A stretch of 32,000 nucleotides of DNA from Prevotella phage Lak-C1. Below are positions 30,420 to 32,000 of this stretch, piece after piece (the first letter of the stretch is position 1; every line of letters starts with the position of its first letter). The DNA lies in the sequence record MK250029.1. One strand, given 5' to 3'. The position numbers and the translations under genes are program-made. Below the pieces are notes generated by a model. The model saw only the letters and a list, made by a program, of their open reading frames with translations, was not told the DNA's origin and ran no database searches.

Positions 30420-32000
30420 TTAATTATATGTATTTTCATACTCCAATAGTTTTTCCTTAGCATATTCTATTGTTATATGAAGTTGTTTTTCATCTGTTGC
30501 TGGCATTTTATACATATCATCAGATAATAATGCTTCTACAATACCTCTTAAACCTCTTGCACCTAATTTATTCTTTATTGATAATTTAACAATATAATCA
30601 TATACATCATCATCAATAATAAGTTCAATACCATCTAATTCAAATAATTTTTTGAATTGTTTTATAATTGCATTCTTAGGTTCAATCAATATTCTTTTCA
30701 AATCTTCTTCTGATAATGGATTAAGATATGTAATAATTGGAAGACGTCCAATTAATTCCGGTATTAAACCAAAATTCTTAAAATCTTCAGCATTTGCATA
30801 TTTAAGAATATTATTATTTTCTTTATCTTCTATATATTGTTTATTCTCTTCTTTAGATATAAAACCTAATGAAGATTTATTCATACGTCTTTCAATAATT
30901 TTATCTAAACCTACAAAAGCACCTCCACAAATAAACAAAATATTTTTTGTATCAACTTGAACCATTTTTGCATCAGGATGTTTTCTGCCTCCCTTTGGCG
31001 GAACATTTACAACAGTACCTTCAATAATCTTAAGTAATGCCTGTTGAACACCTTCACCTGAAACATCTCTTGTTATAGACGGATTACCTCCAGACTTTCT
31101 TGCAATCTTATCACAATTACCAGTAACAGTAACAAAATTATTTTGACGAATCATTATCATACCACTAGGAACAGTAACACAATATACATCATCAGTAAAA
31201 TCTTTATATACTTTTAATAATTTACTGTGTTGAGACATATATTTTTTATTTTTTATTACACAACAATATGAAATATCATATCCTTTTTTATATCTATTAT
31301 GAATAGAACAACTCATACCAGAAGTATGAGCAATAGTTTGTATAAATAACATTTCATCTAATTTAGAACTTGTAAAATATATATTATCCTTATAATAATT
31401 TAATAATCCATCCCAATATCTTAATTCATTTAAGAATAATTTCTTTTGTCTTATAGATGCGGTTATTAAACAATCTAGACATAATGTTTTCTTTCCATCC
31501 TTAAAAAATGGCATATTAGATATATCACCAAAATAAAAATTATGGTAACTATTTTTTTCATTAAATGTATATGTATATTTTATATGTAAATTATTTAATA
31601 TTTCGCTTAATCTATTATATTTTCGTTCTTTTTTAACGGTTAAATAACCATATTTACCATTTTTTATACAACCATCTGCAGCAAATGCCACTATAAATTT
31701 TAACATATCATCAGATATATCTATATCATTTCCGTCAAAAATACCTGTAACCGGGAAATCATATCCTTGATTTAATGATTTTTCTGCAATTACTTTTTTA
31801 ATTATATATTTGTCTCTGTATTTGCCATGACTAATAACAACTCTATTATGATTTGGTGTAGATGTATGTATTATTTGACCTGTTTTTGAATTTTGCAATG
31901 ATAATAATCCATTTAAACACTTATGCTTTACTATCCTTTCAGAATTTACTAATGACATTGTGCTATCACTATTCCATTGCATTATCTTTGTAGAATCTGT
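30420..32000 (-). CDS. clpX: ClpX-like AAA+ unfoldase (C-terminal extein in window) interrupted by an intein; N-terminal part beyond the right edge
   Basis: [77 protein letters not shown]...[12 protein letters not shown]...[13 protein letters not shown] matches the ClpX C-terminal half. Confidence 0.92.
   Translation of the reverse strand, partial: TDSTKIMQWNSDSTMSLVNSERIVKHKCLNGLLSLQNSKTGQIIHTSTPNHNRVVISHGKYRDKYIIKKVIAEKSLNQGYDFPVTGIFDGNDIDISDDMLKFIVAFAADGCIKNGKYGYLTVKKERKYNRLSEILNNLHIKYTYTFNEKNSYHNFYFGDISNMPFFKDGKKTLCLDCLITASIRQKKLFLNELRYWDGLLNYYKDNIYFTSSKLDEMLFIQTIAHTSGMSCSIHNRYKKGYDISYCCVIKNKKYMSQHSKLLKVYKDFTDDVYCVTVPSGMIMIRQNNFVTVTGNCDKIARKSGGNPSITRDVSGEGVQQALLKIIEGTVVNVPPKGGRKHPDAKMVQVDTKNILFICGGAFVGLDKIIERRMNKSSLGFISKEENKQYIEDKENNNILKYANAEDFKNFGLIPELIGRLPIITYLNPLSEEDLKRILIEPKNAIIKQFKKLFELDGIELIIDDDVYDYIVKLSIKNKLGARGLRGIVEALLSDDMYKMPATDEKQLHITIEYAKEKLLEYENTYN
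31116..32000 (-). mobile_element. Intein within ClpX (partial; N-terminal splice junction outside window) with a LAGLIDADG-like endonuclease core
   Basis: Block-B-like [13 protein letters not shown], endonuclease-like [36 protein letters not shown], block F/G-like [25 protein letters not shown], then +1 Cys of the C-extein at 31113..31115. Confidence 0.88.

Noticed and set aside
28673-30960. Plus-strand ORFs 28673..28885 and 30652..30960
   Set aside because: Antisense to the GIY-YIG gene and to clpX, respectively.
1-32000. Suppressor tRNA or CRISPR array in the window
   Set aside because: I looked for tRNA-like cloverleaf sequence and regularly spaced direct repeats and saw neither. The expected CTA-anticodon tRNA must be elsewhere in the genome or was missed by eye.

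Overview
This is a 32 kb, AT-rich window (roughly a quarter G+C by eye) that reads as part of a large tailed-phage genome. All genes but one are on the minus strand. The main result is that TAG is not a stop codon here. Many genes that a standard-code ORF track breaks into fragments become single long frames when TAG is read as an amino acid. I count about 88 in-frame TAGs, 29 of them in one 2,012-codon frame. Every gene end I could define is TAA or TGA. Inside the giant repeat protein, TAG falls at positions that are CAA in sister repeats, which supports TAG=Gln (code 15, known from Lak megaphages and some crAss-like phages of Bacteroidales hosts). With TAG=Gln the window contains: a large protein with an acidic tail; a structural-like block (2883..16372) with a 6 kb gene of BACON/Ig-like repeats; a single plus-strand gene carrying 8 TAGs; a TnpB/Cas12-like RuvC nuclease gene carrying 14 TAGs, invisible to standard ORF calling, with a structured non-coding-like downstream region; a 710-aa acidic protein; an HxGH nucleotidyltransferase; a VWA protein with an HEXXH motif next to a MoxR-type AAA+ ATPase; a GIY-YIG protein; a LemA-like membrane protein; and a ClpX gene interrupted by an intein. 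Several transcription-unit boundaries show a stem-loop followed by an AT-rich element (about WATAAATAWTAAAA) about 20-40 nt before the next start codon. No database search was possible; names rest on motifs read by eye.
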